A DNA stretch of 64,000 bases, from positions 1-64,000 of the IMG/VR virus record IMGVR_UViG_3300007345_000027. The stretch is one strand, 5' to 3'. Below are positions 20,924 to 30,171 of this stretch, piece after piece. A model generated the notes under the pieces. The model searched no databases, was not told the DNA's origin, and saw nothing but the letters and a program-made list of their open reading frames with translations. Numbering within the stretch: the stretch's first letter is position 1; each line of letters opens with the position of its first letter. The stretch comes from a virus. The translations under genes and the position numbers were made by a program.

Positions 20924-21646
20924 ATGAACATTTTAATACCAATGGCGGGTGAAGGAACTAGATTTCCTAGAGATACTTACAAAATACCAAAACCTTTAAT
21001 TGATATACACGGTGTTCCAATGATACAAAGAGCTATTGAGTCTCTTGGTATGAATGGTACATATCATTTTGTAATCAGAAAGGATAGTTATTATGATCAG
21101 GTTTGCACATTACTTCACAACATTCTTCCCGATGCAAAAATAATCAGTGTAGAAGAAACAACCGAAGGTCCTGCATCTAGTTGTCTTTTATTTAAAGATT
21201 ATATTAATAATGAGGATGAACTTGTTATTGCCAATTGTGATCAAATTATGTGGTGGGATTCTGATCTTTTCTTGACAACTGCTAGATATTATAAGTATGA
21301 TGGTGTTGTTGTAACTTATAGCACAACTACTCCTAAAAATAGTTATGCTAAAATTGATAAAAATGGTTTTGTTAAATTGATAAAAGAAAAGGAGGTATTG
21401 AGTGACATTTCTTTAAATGGTATTCATTACTGGAGAAAGGGTAAGTACTTTGTACAAAGTACTGAGAGTATGATAGAATGTGATGATAGAGCACCTAATG
21501 GTGAATTTTATGTTGGACCTTCTTACAATCATATGATAAAGAAGGAGTTAAAAGTTGGTATTCATCATATTCCAAATTGGCAACATAATCCAGTTGGGGT
21601 TCCAGAAGATTTAGATTCCTTTCTTATGAAATATGAAAATTACTAA
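20924..21646 (+). CDS. sugar-phosphate nucleotidyltransferase (GT-A NTP transferase family)
   Basis: IPMAGEGTRF....PKPLI, T.GPA, ANCDQ, EK..S, NGEFY, G.PEDL motifs. Confidence 0.85.
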   Translation: MNILIPMAGEGTRFPRDTYKIPKPLIDIHGVPMIQRAIESLGMNGTYHFVIRKDSYYDQVCTLLHNILPDAKIISVEETTEGPASSCLLFKDYINNEDELVIANCDQIMWWDSDLFLTTARYYKYDGVVVTYSTTTPKNSYAKIDKNGFVKLIKEKEVLSDISLNGIHYWRKGKYFVQSTESMIECDDRAPNGEFYVGPSYNHMIKKELKVGIHHIPNWQHNPVGVPEDLDSFLMKYENY

Positions 21647-21959
21647 ACTTTCCGATTACACTAGAGGGTGGATCATTGGTGATTTTGAACCCTCTATTTT
21701 TAGAACAAAAGATTTTGAAGTGGCAGTTTTAAATCATAAAAAGGGTGAAGAGTGGCCTGCACATTATCATAAAAAGGGTATAGAATATAATGTTCTAGTT
21801 TCTGGAAAAATGATAATTCAAAATAAAGAAATAAACAGTGGTGATGTATTCGTACTAGATAGATATGAAGTTGCAGATCCAGTGTTTTTGGAAGACTGCA
21901 CAGTAGTATGTGTAAAAACACCATCTATACCATCAGACAAATTTGAGGTTAAATTATGA
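21633..21959 (+). CDS. cupin-domain protein
   Basis: GW.IGDF.P, H.H....E.N....G, GD.F motifs. Confidence 0.8.
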   Translation: MKITKLSDYTRGWIIGDFEPSIFRTKDFEVAVLNHKKGEEWPAHYHKKGIEYNVLVSGKMIIQNKEINSGDVFVLDRYEVADPVFLEDCTVVCVKTPSIPSDKFEVKL

Positions 21960-22634
21960 AATTCAATCAAGTACTTTACAATAGTTTCACATCTCCAACT
22001 GATTTATGTCATATTGGTGAAAAATATAAAACAGACAAATCTTCATTAGTATATGAAATGGGGCGTCATTCCTATACTCCTTTTTATAATTTTTTATTTT
22101 CTAATCTTAGACATAAAGACATTGTGTTTGGTGAGATTGGTATATATAAAAATGCATCTATGAAGATGTGGAGAGAGTATTTTTCGCAGGCTACTCTATA
22201 TGGTTGGGATTGTAAATTGGAACACTGTACAGAAACTCGCTATCAATATGATTTTGTCCAACTTGCTAAAAATGATAATCTTCATAACGTTCATTATGAT
22301 TATATAAATGTTAGGGATGAACAATCAATTCTTGAAGCATTTGAAAAAACAGGTACTAAATTTGATATTATTATAGACGATGCCAGCCATGAGTTTTGGG
22401 ATCAGGTAAAAGTAATTTCAAATGTTCATAAGTATTTAAATCCTGGAGGAATTCTTATAGTTGAAGACGTTGACTACGCAATCCAATCATATGCAAATTT
22501 TCTTGAACAATATAATAATGATAAGTATTATTGTAATATTACTCAAGTAAAGACATATGGTTCTAATAAAACATATGGATTTGCTGGTGATGAGATATTG
22601 GTTTTTATAAAAAATGAGGTTAAAGTATGAAATT
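21944..22634 (+). repeat. 20-bp near-identical direct repeat flanking the methyltransferase gene (21944-21963, 22615-22634)
   Basis: tgaggttaaattatgaaatt vs tgaggttaaagtatgaaatt (19/20 identical). Confidence 0.8.
21956..22630 (+). CDS. SAM-dependent (sugar O-)methyltransferase
   Basis: TDK...HSY..FY, EIGI...S..MW.EYF, FDIIIDDASH, L.PGGI..VED motifs. Confidence 0.8.
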   Translation: MKFNQVLYNSFTSPTDLCHIGEKYKTDKSSLVYEMGRHSYTPFYNFLFSNLRHKDIVFGEIGIYKNASMKMWREYFSQATLYGWDCKLEHCTETRYQYDFVQLAKNDNLHNVHYDYINVRDEQSILEAFEKTGTKFDIIIDDASHEFWDQVKVISNVHKYLNPGGILIVEDVDYAIQSYANFLEQYNNDKYYCNITQVKTYGSNKTYGFAGDEILVFIKNEVKV

Positions 22635-23865
22635 TTTTAGAGAATTAACAGAACAAGAAAAAAATCGTTGTGTTGTTGCTACATTTTACATCGAAACATA
22701 TGAAAATATAGGCAACTTGCGAGATGCTGCTTGGGCACTTGCAATTGGACAAAGTGTGGGTAATCCAAAAGTTCGTAATCGTTGGGAAAGTGATGATCTT
22801 TTTGAACTTGCATCATGCGTCATTTACGACGATGAAGAAAAATTAACTAACATGACTTCTGGTGAAGTAAAGATTGGTTTCCCTAAAGTGAATACTGATT
22901 GGGAAGGTGATGGTATTTCTCATCTGATGTGTCAGTTAATGGGTGGACAACTTGATATTGATGTCTTCAAAACATGTAGACTCAGAAAACTTGATTTTCC
23001 TGCTGATGTTGAAGCACAGTTTTTGGGACCTAAGTATGGTATTGATGGTATCCGTAGGTTTGTTAATCGTTACGATAAACCACTTTCTGGTGCTATTGTT
23101 AAACCAAAAACTGGAATCTCTCCACAAACTCTTTCGGAGATGGTTAAAGAACTTCTCGATGGTGGAGTAGATTTTATTAAAGAAGATGAGATTCTTTCCA
23201 ATCCATCTTTTTGCCGTCTTGAAGATCGTGTAGAACTTATTTCAAATCTTGTTAATGAATGTGGTAGGGGAGTAATTTACTGTTTCTGCATTAATGGTGA
23301 TCACCATACTATCCTTGATCGTGCAAAGTTTGTTGCAAATAATGGTGGTAATGGTATTCACATTAATTTCTGGAGTGGACTTGGTGTTTACAATTCCGTG
23401 AGGAAGATGGATCTTCCAATGTTTGTTCATTATCAGAAGAGTGGAGATAAGATTCTGACTGATAAGCGTCATAACTTTGGTATCGATTGGAGTGTTCTTT
23501 GTGACCTTGCAGGTCTCTGTGGTGTTGATACTATCCATGCTGGTATGTGGGGTGGATATTTGAGTGATGATGAAGCAGAACTGCATACCGTGATGGATAC
23601 TTTGCATCATAGAAATGTCCTACCAGCACTCAGTTGTGGTATGCATCCAGGTATCGTCAACACTACTGCTGAGAAGTTTGGAACTGATTTCCTAGCAAAC
23701 TGTGGTGGTGCAGTTCATGGACACCCTGGTGGCACTCTCTCTGGTGCTTTAGCAATGCGACAAGCGATTGATAAGAATCCTGGAGAGGAATTCCGTGCTG
23801 CTATTGATAAGTGGGGATATGAAACTGGTGGTGGATCTCTTCCAGAATGGGTTTTAGAGTTTTGA
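22627..23865 (+). CDS. RuBisCO-like protein (form IV / IV-like RLP)
   Basis: IVKPKTG (K175/K177), GVDFIKEDE (K201/D203/E204), D.IHAG, LSCGMHP, GG.VHGHP.G...GA.AMRQA; loop-6 Lys334, Arg295, Asn123 and Glu60 equivalents are substituted. Confidence 0.93.
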   Translation: MKFFRELTEQEKNRCVVATFYIETYENIGNLRDAAWALAIGQSVGNPKVRNRWESDDLFELASCVIYDDEEKLTNMTSGEVKIGFPKVNTDWEGDGISHLMCQLMGGQLDIDVFKTCRLRKLDFPADVEAQFLGPKYGIDGIRRFVNRYDKPLSGAIVKPKTGISPQTLSEMVKELLDGGVDFIKEDEILSNPSFCRLEDRVELISNLVNECGRGVIYCFCINGDHHTILDRAKFVANNGGNGIHINFWSGLGVYNSVRKMDLPMFVHYQKSGDKILTDKRHNFGIDWSVLCDLAGLCGVDTIHAGMWGGYLSDDEAELHTVMDTLHHRNVLPALSCGMHPGIVNTTAEKFGTDFLANCGGAVHGHPGGTLSGALAMRQAIDKNPGEEFRAAIDKWGYETGGGSLPEWVLEF

Positions 23866-23866
23866 T

Positions 23867-24346
23867 ATGATTATCATTGCTCATAGGGGAAATGTAGATG
23901 GTCCTAATCCTGAAAGGGAAAATAGTCCAGATTACATTGATGAAGCCTTATCGATGGGATATGACGTAGAAATTGATTTGAGATCGAAAGATAAACAACT
24001 TTTTCTTGGACATGATAAACCTCAATATCCATTGAAACTTGGGTGGCTTTATAAGCATAGAGAAAGACTCTGGATTCACTGTAAAGATCGTGAATCCTTA
24101 GAGTTCTGCTCTTCTACGGTCATGAATTTACATTACTTCTATCATGAAAATGATAGGTATGCTTTAACCAGTAGGGGTATTGGGTGGGTATTAGTAGGAC
24201 AAATACCATATAATAACTCAATCATTGTTCTACCAGAGTCCATTTCTTATTACAATAAATACGAAGAAAGATACGATAGAATATTATCAACAAAAGGTAT
24301 CTGTACAGATAATTGTAATTATTATAGGAGAGAGTTGTCTGAATGA
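23867..24346 (+). CDS. glycerophosphodiester phosphodiesterase-like (PLC-like TIM barrel) protein
   Basis: IAHRGN, EN, GYDVEID, LGHD, WIHCK, GICTD motifs. Confidence 0.8.
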   Translation: MIIIAHRGNVDGPNPERENSPDYIDEALSMGYDVEIDLRSKDKQLFLGHDKPQYPLKLGWLYKHRERLWIHCKDRESLEFCSSTVMNLHYFYHENDRYALTSRGIGWVLVGQIPYNNSIIVLPESISYYNKYEERYDRILSTKGICTDNCNYYRRELSE

Positions 24347-27300
24347 AGATTTCATTAATATGTGCTTGTAAAAATAGAAATGAAGCATTAAGAGTTTCAT
24401 TAAATTCTTGGTTAAATTACTCAGAAATATCAGAAATTATTATTGTTGATTGGAAATCTGACAAACCATTAAAAAATCTAACTCAACTGGACGAAAGGAT
24501 TAAAATCATTCGTGTAGATGATGTTGAGTATTTTAATCAACCACAACCATTAAACTTGGCTGCTCAACAAGCGACTGGAGATTACATACTTAAGGTTGAT
24601 TGTGATTATATAATGAGTCCATATTATTCCTTTTTCAACAAATATAAGATTGATGAAAATTCATTTGTTAGTGGAAAATCTTCTATAAAAAGTCCAGAAT
24701 TTTATGATGAAGAGAGTGGTCTTCATAAATTTGATAAAATGAAGATGAGTGTTGAGCAAATACAAGATTATTACAATTCTTATAGTTCATACTATAGGTA
24801 TTTGACAGGTCTTCTTTTTGTTTCAAAGGAACATTTTATTAATATTGGTGGATATAACGAATCGTTTTCAGATTTTTACTCATTTGAAGATGATGAGATT
24901 TATAAAAGATTAGAGATTTATGGATTAGAGCACAAGAAATTAGATTTTGATTATCATCTAATTCACATGCCTCATCCAGACAATAAACGATTTGAAAACT
25001 TTCGTTCAACCTATGAGCAAAGAGAAATAAGAGATATTATAAGAGCAAATCTTTCTGGTTGTTATAGTGGTGATGATTTAGAATGGCAAACTGATTACGT
25101 TTTAGCAATGAAACACAATCAGATTAACCGTGCTAAAGTGGATGAAGTATCTGGAGCATACGTTAAGTGTGAAACTAAATGGATAGTTTCTTCTGAAGGT
25201 GGTCGTTATTACACAGCATCTATTGATAATAACCAACATCAACTGGATAAAAATAAATTAAAAAATCTTCCACCAGTTAATTTTATTAGTGTTGAACATT
25301 CTGAAGAGAGGAGAGAAAATTTATATAAAATATTTTCAGAGTATGGTATACTAGAAGATCATATAACTCCTCATATATTTAAAAAATATGATGATAGTGA
25401 GCATCAAATTCAAAGTGGGTACTTACATCGATTAAGTATTGGTAGTAGAGGTCCAGTAACTTCTCATTTAAAGGCCATTAAAGAATGGTTGAATGACACT
25501 GAAGAGGAATATGCTTTTTTCTGTGAAGATGATATCTCCTTAGAATCTGTAAAATATTGGGACTTTACATGGGAAGAGTTTTTTAACTCTTTACCTCCAC
25601 AATGGGAATGTGTTCAACTTTGTTTACTTAGAGAATATGAGTATGGTTTAGATATTAAATTTAAAACTAGAGAATGGAGTGATTGGTCTGGATGTGCATA
25701 CTTAATTAGTAGAAAATATGCACAAAAATTGATTGATACATATTATTATGATGATGTATTCCATCTTGATTCCAAATGTCACGATGTAGAATACAGACCA
25801 GACTGGGCTATTGTACCAGTTATTGAAACTATTATCTTTGGATTGAGTGATGAAGTTTATGTAATTCCTCTCTTTTTAGAAGATATTTCCTTTAAAGCAT
25901 CATATCAAATTGACGGTGAAGATGATAATGTAAATGTTCACCATCATAATTCACACAATATTGTCCTTAATAAATGGAAAGAAATGGCATTTAAATTGAA
26001 TCAAAGTAAAGAGATACCAAACAAAATAAAATTTGTAAACTTTCCTAGCGTTTACTATATAAGTTTAGAGGAAAGTGTTGAACGGAGAAATAAACTTAAT
26101 AAACAATTTTTTAGTTGTGGTGTAGAAAAAACTGTTGGTGTAATTTCCAAGAGATTTTCTGAATCTGATGATAAATTAGAAGGAGAGCAGTTACATATAC
26201 TTGATGATGGTACAAAGGGATGTGTAGTATCTCATATCAAGATGATTAAAAAGTGGTATGATGAAACTGATGAAGAGTATGCATTCTTTTGTGAAGATGA
26301 TCTAAGCCTTGAGACTGTTAATGATTGGAATTTTTCTTGGACAGAATTTATTCAAAGTCTTCCAGAAGATGCTGAATGTGTTCAACTCTGCTGTGTACGA
26401 GATGGTCAGGAAGAAGTGAGATTGCGTGATAGATCAATGTATGATTGGTCTGTAACCGCATATATTTTAACCAGAGGGTATGCTAAAAAAATAATTGATC
26501 ATTATTTTGATAATAATACTTATACTTTAAATATTCCAAACTCCAATTTTTATCCAATGCCAGAAAATGTAATTTTCTATGGACTTGGTAAAGTTTATTC
26601 TATAAATCTTTTTGTTGAAGATCAAAATCATCCTTCTACTTTTTATGGGAAAGAGGGATTATCTGATAAAAACAAAGCACATCATGTTGAAACATATAAA
26701 TTTGTCACAGATTGGTGGAAAAATAACAATGTTTCACTTGGCGCACTGCTTTCTGTAACTTCCGAAAAAGATACTGAAATTGTAGAAGAAAAAAAAAGTA
26801 TTGGAAGGGAAAGGACTGAGTTAGAGCAGTTATTGTATGAATATTCTTTAGATTGTGAGGATGCACAAAAAAATTACAACCTTGGAATATGGTATGAAAA
26901 AGAAGGGCACACTGCACCAGCACTTTCATATTTCTTGAGAGCCGCTGAAAGGTTTGAAAGTGAAGATATGCAATATGAAGCAATAATTAAGTGCCATCAT
27001 TGTTATGATAAACAAGGAACAAGAGATGGTACAGCAGAATCATTACTGCAGCAAGCGTTATGTATAAAACCAACTAGACCAGAAGCATACTTTTTGCTTG
27101 CAAGATTCCATGAGAAAAGATCGCAGTGGAGTCACTGTTATCAATTTGCCTGCCAGGGTTTGACTTTATCTGATTTTGATTCTCCGAAAACAACACATGA
27201 TGTTGAATATCCTGGAAGACTTGGTTTACTTTTTGAAAAAGCATCTTCTGGTTGGTACTGGGGTAAAGTTGAAGAATCTAAAGAAATTTTTCTAGATTTG

Positions 27301-27387
27301 ATTGATAACTATAATCTTACTCCGTATTATCATAATCTTATTGTTGATAATTTGAAGCACTATGATATTGAACGCGAAAAAAAGTAG
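24343..27387 (+). CDS. multidomain glycosyltransferase: GT2/GT7-like + two GT25-like + TPR
   Basis: N-terminal KNR/IIVDW/KVDCD/GGYNE/EDDE; two copies of IS.E...RR..SH.K.IK.W...F.EDD; C-terminal TPR helices (P.RPEAY..LA). Confidence 0.8.
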   Translation: MKISLICACKNRNEALRVSLNSWLNYSEISEIIIVDWKSDKPLKNLTQLDERIKIIRVDDVEYFNQPQPLNLAAQQATGDYILKVDCDYIMSPYYSFFNKYKIDENSFVSGKSSIKSPEFYDEESGLHKFDKMKMSVEQIQDYYNSYSSYYRYLTGLLFVSKEHFINIGGYNESFSDFYSFEDDEIYKRLEIYGLEHKKLDFDYHLIHMPHPDNKRFENFRSTYEQREIRDIIRANLSGCYSGDDLEWQTDYVLAMKHNQINRAKVDEVSGAYVKCETKWIVSSEGGRYYTASIDNNQHQLDKNKLKNLPPVNFISVEHSEERRENLYKIFSEYGILEDHITPHIFKKYDDSEHQIQSGYLHRLSIGSRGPVTSHLKAIKEWLNDTEEEYAFFCEDDISLESVKYWDFTWEEFFNSLPPQWECVQLCLLREYEYGLDIKFKTREWSDWSGCAYLISRKYAQKLIDTYYYDDVFHLDSKCHDVEYRPDWAIVPVIETIIFGLSDEVYVIPLFLEDISFKASYQIDGEDDNVNVHHHNSHNIVLNKWKEMAFKLNQSKEIPNKIKFVNFPSVYYISLEESVERRNKLNKQFFSCGVEKTVGVISKRFSESDDKLEGEQLHILDDGTKGCVVSHIKMIKKWYDETDEEYAFFCEDDLSLETVNDWNFSWTEFIQSLPEDAECVQLCCVRDGQEEVRLRDRSMYDWSVTAYILTRGYAKKIIDHYFDNNTYTLNIPNSNFYPMPENVIFYGLGKVYSINLFVEDQNHPSTFYGKEGLSDKNKAHHVETYKFVTDWWKNNNVSLGALLSVTSEKDTEIVEEKKSIGRERTELEQLLYEYSLDCEDAQKNYNLGIWYEKEGHTAPALSYFLRAAERFESEDMQYEAIIKCHHCYDKQGTRDGTAESLLQQALCIKPTRPEAYFLLARFHEKRSQWSHCYQFACQGLTLSDFDSPKTTHDVEYPGRLGLLFEKASSGWYWGKVEESKEIFLDLIDNYNLTPYYHNLIVDNLKHYDIEREKK

Positions 27388-27389
27388 TC

Positions 27390-28211
27390 ATGCGGAATAA
27401 TAATGAGTATGAAAAACATGATATTATTCTGCAAGGAAAATATGATGAATTTACCAATGATGTAATAGAAAGTTATTTAAATATTCCTTTCGTTAATAAT
27501 ATAATTTTATCCTGTTGGGATGATGATGATTTATCATCCCTCAGAGATATTATTGATAAAAATGTAGATAGAATTGTATTAGTACCGAACAAAAAACCTA
27601 CAAATACTGGAGATGATAATGTCAATCTTCAAATTTTCTCCTCTTTCAGTGGTATAAAAAAATCTACAACAGAGTATTCTATAAAAATGCGTACCGATCA
27701 GTTATATGATCATAAGAGTATGCTCAATATGTATGAATTTTTTATAGAGAACAGAGAGAAAGATCGTATATTTGTACCAGGATTATATCCACATCTTCTA
27801 TTCCACCCCAGAGATCATCTTTTCTGGGGAAAAACTGAAGATTTATATAAATTATTTGATATACCATTAAAAACATATAACATTACAGATCTGGTAAAAA
27901 TATCAAAGAATGATCTGTGGAAATATTATCCATATTTTACTAGATCTGAAACTTATATTGGAGCACATTATTGTTCTAATTTTGATGATCGTGTCAAGAT
28001 AATGCTAATCCAACAAGATAAGTATCTATATGATAATTGTCAACAATGGGATGAATCTCATGAGATTAGCACTAATCTATCAAAAAGGTTATTTAAATCT
28101 TTCCCTAAAAAAGGTATTGATTTAAAATGGCCTAAAAAAGATCTTATGTCATACCCATATGATGATCAAAAAAATGGTTACAATGAATGTTGGCATGAGG
28201 ATGGAGTATAG
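27390..28211 (+). CDS. WavE-like lipopolysaccharide synthesis protein
   Basis: I.QG, N.N.QI.S...G, K.RTD, FH..D..F.G...DL..LF motifs. Confidence 0.7.
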   Translation: MRNNNEYEKHDIILQGKYDEFTNDVIESYLNIPFVNNIILSCWDDDDLSSLRDIIDKNVDRIVLVPNKKPTNTGDDNVNLQIFSSFSGIKKSTTEYSIKMRTDQLYDHKSMLNMYEFFIENREKDRIFVPGLYPHLLFHPRDHLFWGKTEDLYKLFDIPLKTYNITDLVKISKNDLWKYYPYFTRSETYIGAHYCSNFDDRVKIMLIQQDKYLYDNCQQWDESHEISTNLSKRLFKSFPKKGIDLKWPKKDLMSYPYDDQKNGYNECWHEDGV

Positions 28212-28229
28212 AAAAGGAGGAATTTAATT

Positions 28230-28463
28230 TTGTTTAAAATTTTTACTAGAAAAAATTGTAAGTATTGCTATAAAGTTAAACAAGTGATAGAATTAACAGG
28301 TAACTCTTATGAGGAACTTACTCTGGGAAAAGATTTTACCAGGGATGATTTTATTTCTAAATTTGGAAGTGAATCAACTTTTCCTCAAGTAATTTATGAA
28401 GATGAATACTTGGGTGGATGTACAGATACAATTAAATTTTTAAAAGAAAAACAATTTGTCTAA
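28230..28463 (+). CDS. nrdC: glutaredoxin
   Basis: CKYC, TFPQV, GGCTD; strong AAGGAGG RBS, TTG start. Confidence 0.9.
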   Translation: MFKIFTRKNCKYCYKVKQVIELTGNSYEELTLGKDFTRDDFISKFGSESTFPQVIYEDEYLGGCTDTIKFLKEKQFV

Positions 28464-28644
28464 TAACAATATAAATAATTCTAAGATTCCTATTAACCGA
28501 GGAGTTGAATTTGTTTTACGCGGAGGCAAAAAGAAAAAACCCAACGTTATACACTTTATTACAAATAAAGTATTAAATTTTCGTAGAAGGGAAATTAATC
28601 TTTATTTTGAATTTTCTTTAAATATAAAGAAAAAAGAAAAATAG
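28456..28644 (+). CDS. small basic hypothetical protein
   Basis: 62-aa ORF in operon context (INRGVE..LR motif). Confidence 0.5.
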   Translation: MSNNNINNSKIPINRGVEFVLRGGKKKKPNVIHFITNKVLNFRRREINLYFEFSLNIKKKEK

Positions 28645-28664
28645 TTTCCTAAGAGGTAAGAACA

Positions 28665-28892
28665 ATGTTAGCAGTAAGTTTAGTTTTTGGATCATTTTTG
28701 ACTATTTTGTTTCTTATACTAGGAACTGTTGTTGGGTGGACCGCGAGAGAATACATGATGAATTATCGGGAAGTACCAAGACCTCATCCCGAAATGTTTG
28801 ATGGTAACGGGAACCTAATACCCGATGAGGTAATTGCATTTAATTTTGAAAACTATTATGACGACAACCAATCAGAAGAAGACGACGACTAG
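28665..28892 (+). CDS. conserved cyanophage membrane protein
   Basis: N-terminal TM helix, HPEMFD..GN motif, GAGG RBS. Confidence 0.7.
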   Translation: MLAVSLVFGSFLTILFLILGTVVGWTAREYMMNYREVPRPHPEMFDGNGNLIPDEVIAFNFENYYDDNQSEEDDD

Positions 28893-29448
28893 GAAAAAAG
28901 CAGCATCTAAACCTATTCCAGATCTTGCAAAAAATCCTTTTGCTTTTGAAGTTTTACAATTAGCTTCCAAACAGCGTAGTAAAGCAAAAAAAGTTGAGGT
29001 TCTTCAAAAATACGGAGATAATTCTCTTAAAGCAGTTTTTATTTGGAATTTTGATGAGAGTGTAATCAGTCTTCTTCCAGAAGGACCTGTTCCTTATGCT
29101 ACTAATGGTGAACAAAATGCTTTTAGTGGTGATATGAGTGGCAAAATTGGTGATGCAGTTAAAAAAATGGAAGAACTTGGTAGTAACTCACTTGGCATGA
29201 ATGATCAGGGGCAAACTACCATTCGTAAAGAATTTCGTAAGTTTTATAATTTTCTTCGTGGTGGAAATCCTGGTATGAATTCTATGAGGAGAGAAACTCT
29301 TTTCATTGATATGCTTAGGGGTTTACATCCTTTGGAAGCAGAAATTTTAATCTTAATTAAAGATAAAAAACTGCAAACCAAGTACAATATCACTAAAGAT
29401 ATTGTTTCTACTGCGTATCCTGATATTAAATGGGGAAATCGCTCATGA
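28858..29448 (+). CDS. conserved T4-like cyanophage hypothetical protein
   Basis: WNFD...LP.G.VPY and RRE..FI..L.GLHP.EA motifs; ATG 28858 preferred as start. Confidence 0.75.
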   Translation: MTTTNQKKTTTRKKAASKPIPDLAKNPFAFEVLQLASKQRSKAKKVEVLQKYGDNSLKAVFIWNFDESVISLLPEGPVPYATNGEQNAFSGDMSGKIGDAVKKMEELGSNSLGMNDQGQTTIRKEFRKFYNFLRGGNPGMNSMRRETLFIDMLRGLHPLEAEILILIKDKKLQTKYNITKDIVSTAYPDIKWGNRS

Positions 29449-29804
29449 ATGAGACTTATGATGAAGTAAAATCTAAGGAAACTGGAGGATCATCTGTGGA
29501 ATGGAGTAACGAAGAAAAAGAAAATTCCACAGCTAGATATGGTTGTAGTATTTTGGTTGAGAAAGCAACTTTAGAACAAGTTAAAGATCCATCTTGGCCA
29601 AATGATGCCAGATTAATTTGGTATATCGTTGATGGTATTGAGTATATGGATCTTACTAGATGTAGTAAAATATCTAAGTTGTTTGATATGTATTATGATA
29701 AGTATGGTAAAGGATCAATACAGAAAATTGATTTTGGTTATGGTACAGTGAATCCAAAACTCTGGGGGTATAAAGCACCCACCGAAAAGAAAAAGCGAAA
29801 GTGA
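29445..29804 (+). CDS. conserved cyanophage hypothetical protein
   Basis: FD.YYD.YG and GYG..NPKLWG motifs; ATGA overlap with upstream gene. Confidence 0.7.
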   Translation: MNETYDEVKSKETGGSSVEWSNEEKENSTARYGCSILVEKATLEQVKDPSWPNDARLIWYIVDGIEYMDLTRCSKISKLFDMYYDKYGKGSIQKIDFGYGTVNPKLWGYKAPTEKKKRK

Positions 29805-29865
29805 TTTCCCAATAACCCCGAAAAAAATTCGCCAAAATTTTTAACCTGTAAGGTTTTTTAAAATT

Positions 29866-29879
29866 GTATCATAAGTTAC
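29866..29879. promoter_or_regulatory. NtcA-binding site GTA-N8-TAC
   Basis: tGTAtcataagtTACa, 8 nt upstream of a sigma70 -35 box. Confidence 0.65.
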
Positions 29880-29887
29880 ATAACTAC

Positions 29888-29916
29888 TTGACTACATAGT
29901 ACATAGGAGTTATAAT
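29888..29916 (+). promoter_or_regulatory. sigma70-type promoter
   Basis: TTGACT-N17-TATAAT; predicted start just before CGTTC at 29926. Confidence 0.8.
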
Positions 29917-29935
29917 ACTCTAGTACGTTCATCCA

Positions 29936-30136
29936 ATGTTAGCACTACTGCTGGCATTCACCCTTGCCCATCATAATGACGCTAATCCTTACGATTGGCA
30001 CATGTCTTGTGAAAGGTGGTTACAACGATCTACGGAAATCCGATTAGATCCAAACCTTGACCTTCGGTCGAAGTTGAGTCTAATCGCTTACCTCAAATCA
30101 AAAGTACCAGGTGAATGTAACGGAGTGTATACATAG
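29936..30136 (+). CDS. small hypothetical protein (hydrophobic N-terminus, 2 Cys) inside riboswitch loop
   Basis: 66-aa ORF whose start and stop sit in the P2 stem. Confidence 0.6.
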   Translation: MLALLLAFTLAHHNDANPYDWHMSCERWLQRSTEIRLDPNLDLRSKLSLIAYLKSKVPGECNGVYT

Positions 30137-30171
30137 GACGCAAGTAAGTCGCGGAACGGAGCGTTCATCCC

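Noticed and set aside
22627-23865. Bona fide CO2-fixing rbcL
   Set aside because: Lys334, Arg295, Asn123 and Glu60 equivalents are substituted; no rbcS in the window; glycan-cluster context
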